Shown here: piece by piece, positions 33,527-33,586 of the stretch | How the letters are laid out: every line of letters starts with the position of its first letter | Numbering within the stretch: the first letter of the stretch is position 1 | Assembly (NCBI RefSeq): GCF_001194135.2 | Contig: NC_069003.1 | Location: 24,616,617 to 24,650,202 of the forward strand | Reading direction: 5' to 3' | DNA length: 33,586 nt | From: Octopus bimaculoides | Lineage: Eukaryota | The notes under the pieces: generated by a model | The model's input: only the letters and a program-made list of their open reading frames with translations | What the model was told of the DNA's origin: nothing | Databases searched by the model: none | Translations under genes and position numbers: made by a program

Positions 33527-33586
33527 TAAACAGGCCTTCACCAGTAATTGATATATATATATATATATATATATGTGTATATATAT

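Overview
This is an AT-rich, gapped animal genomic window. It is most likely an Octopus assembly, inferred from the SINE families and simple-repeat load. No intact host gene was found, and almost all listed ORFs are microsatellite, low-complexity or N-gap artefacts. The window is a nested transposon graveyard. It holds at least four tRNA-type SINE designs with shuffled modules, RTE LINE fragments and 3' tails, and five R4/Dong-like RLE LINE fragments, all on the minus strand and mostly bordering (ATT)n arrays. It also holds Penelope-like (PLE) RT and GIY-YIG fragments, a Mutator (MULE) transposase relic, and a 5S rRNA copy spliced into a SINE. The most interesting signal is a cluster of type I hammerhead-ribozyme-like motifs in non-coding DNA at 32.1-33.55 kb: two in tandem on the minus strand and two to three on the plus strand. 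A related decayed copy at 3.7-3.9 kb carries an inverted duplication of its 3' end. Most motifs have core mutations, several explainable by CpG decay, so activity is unproven. All alignments and folds were done by eye, and repeat boundaries are approximate.
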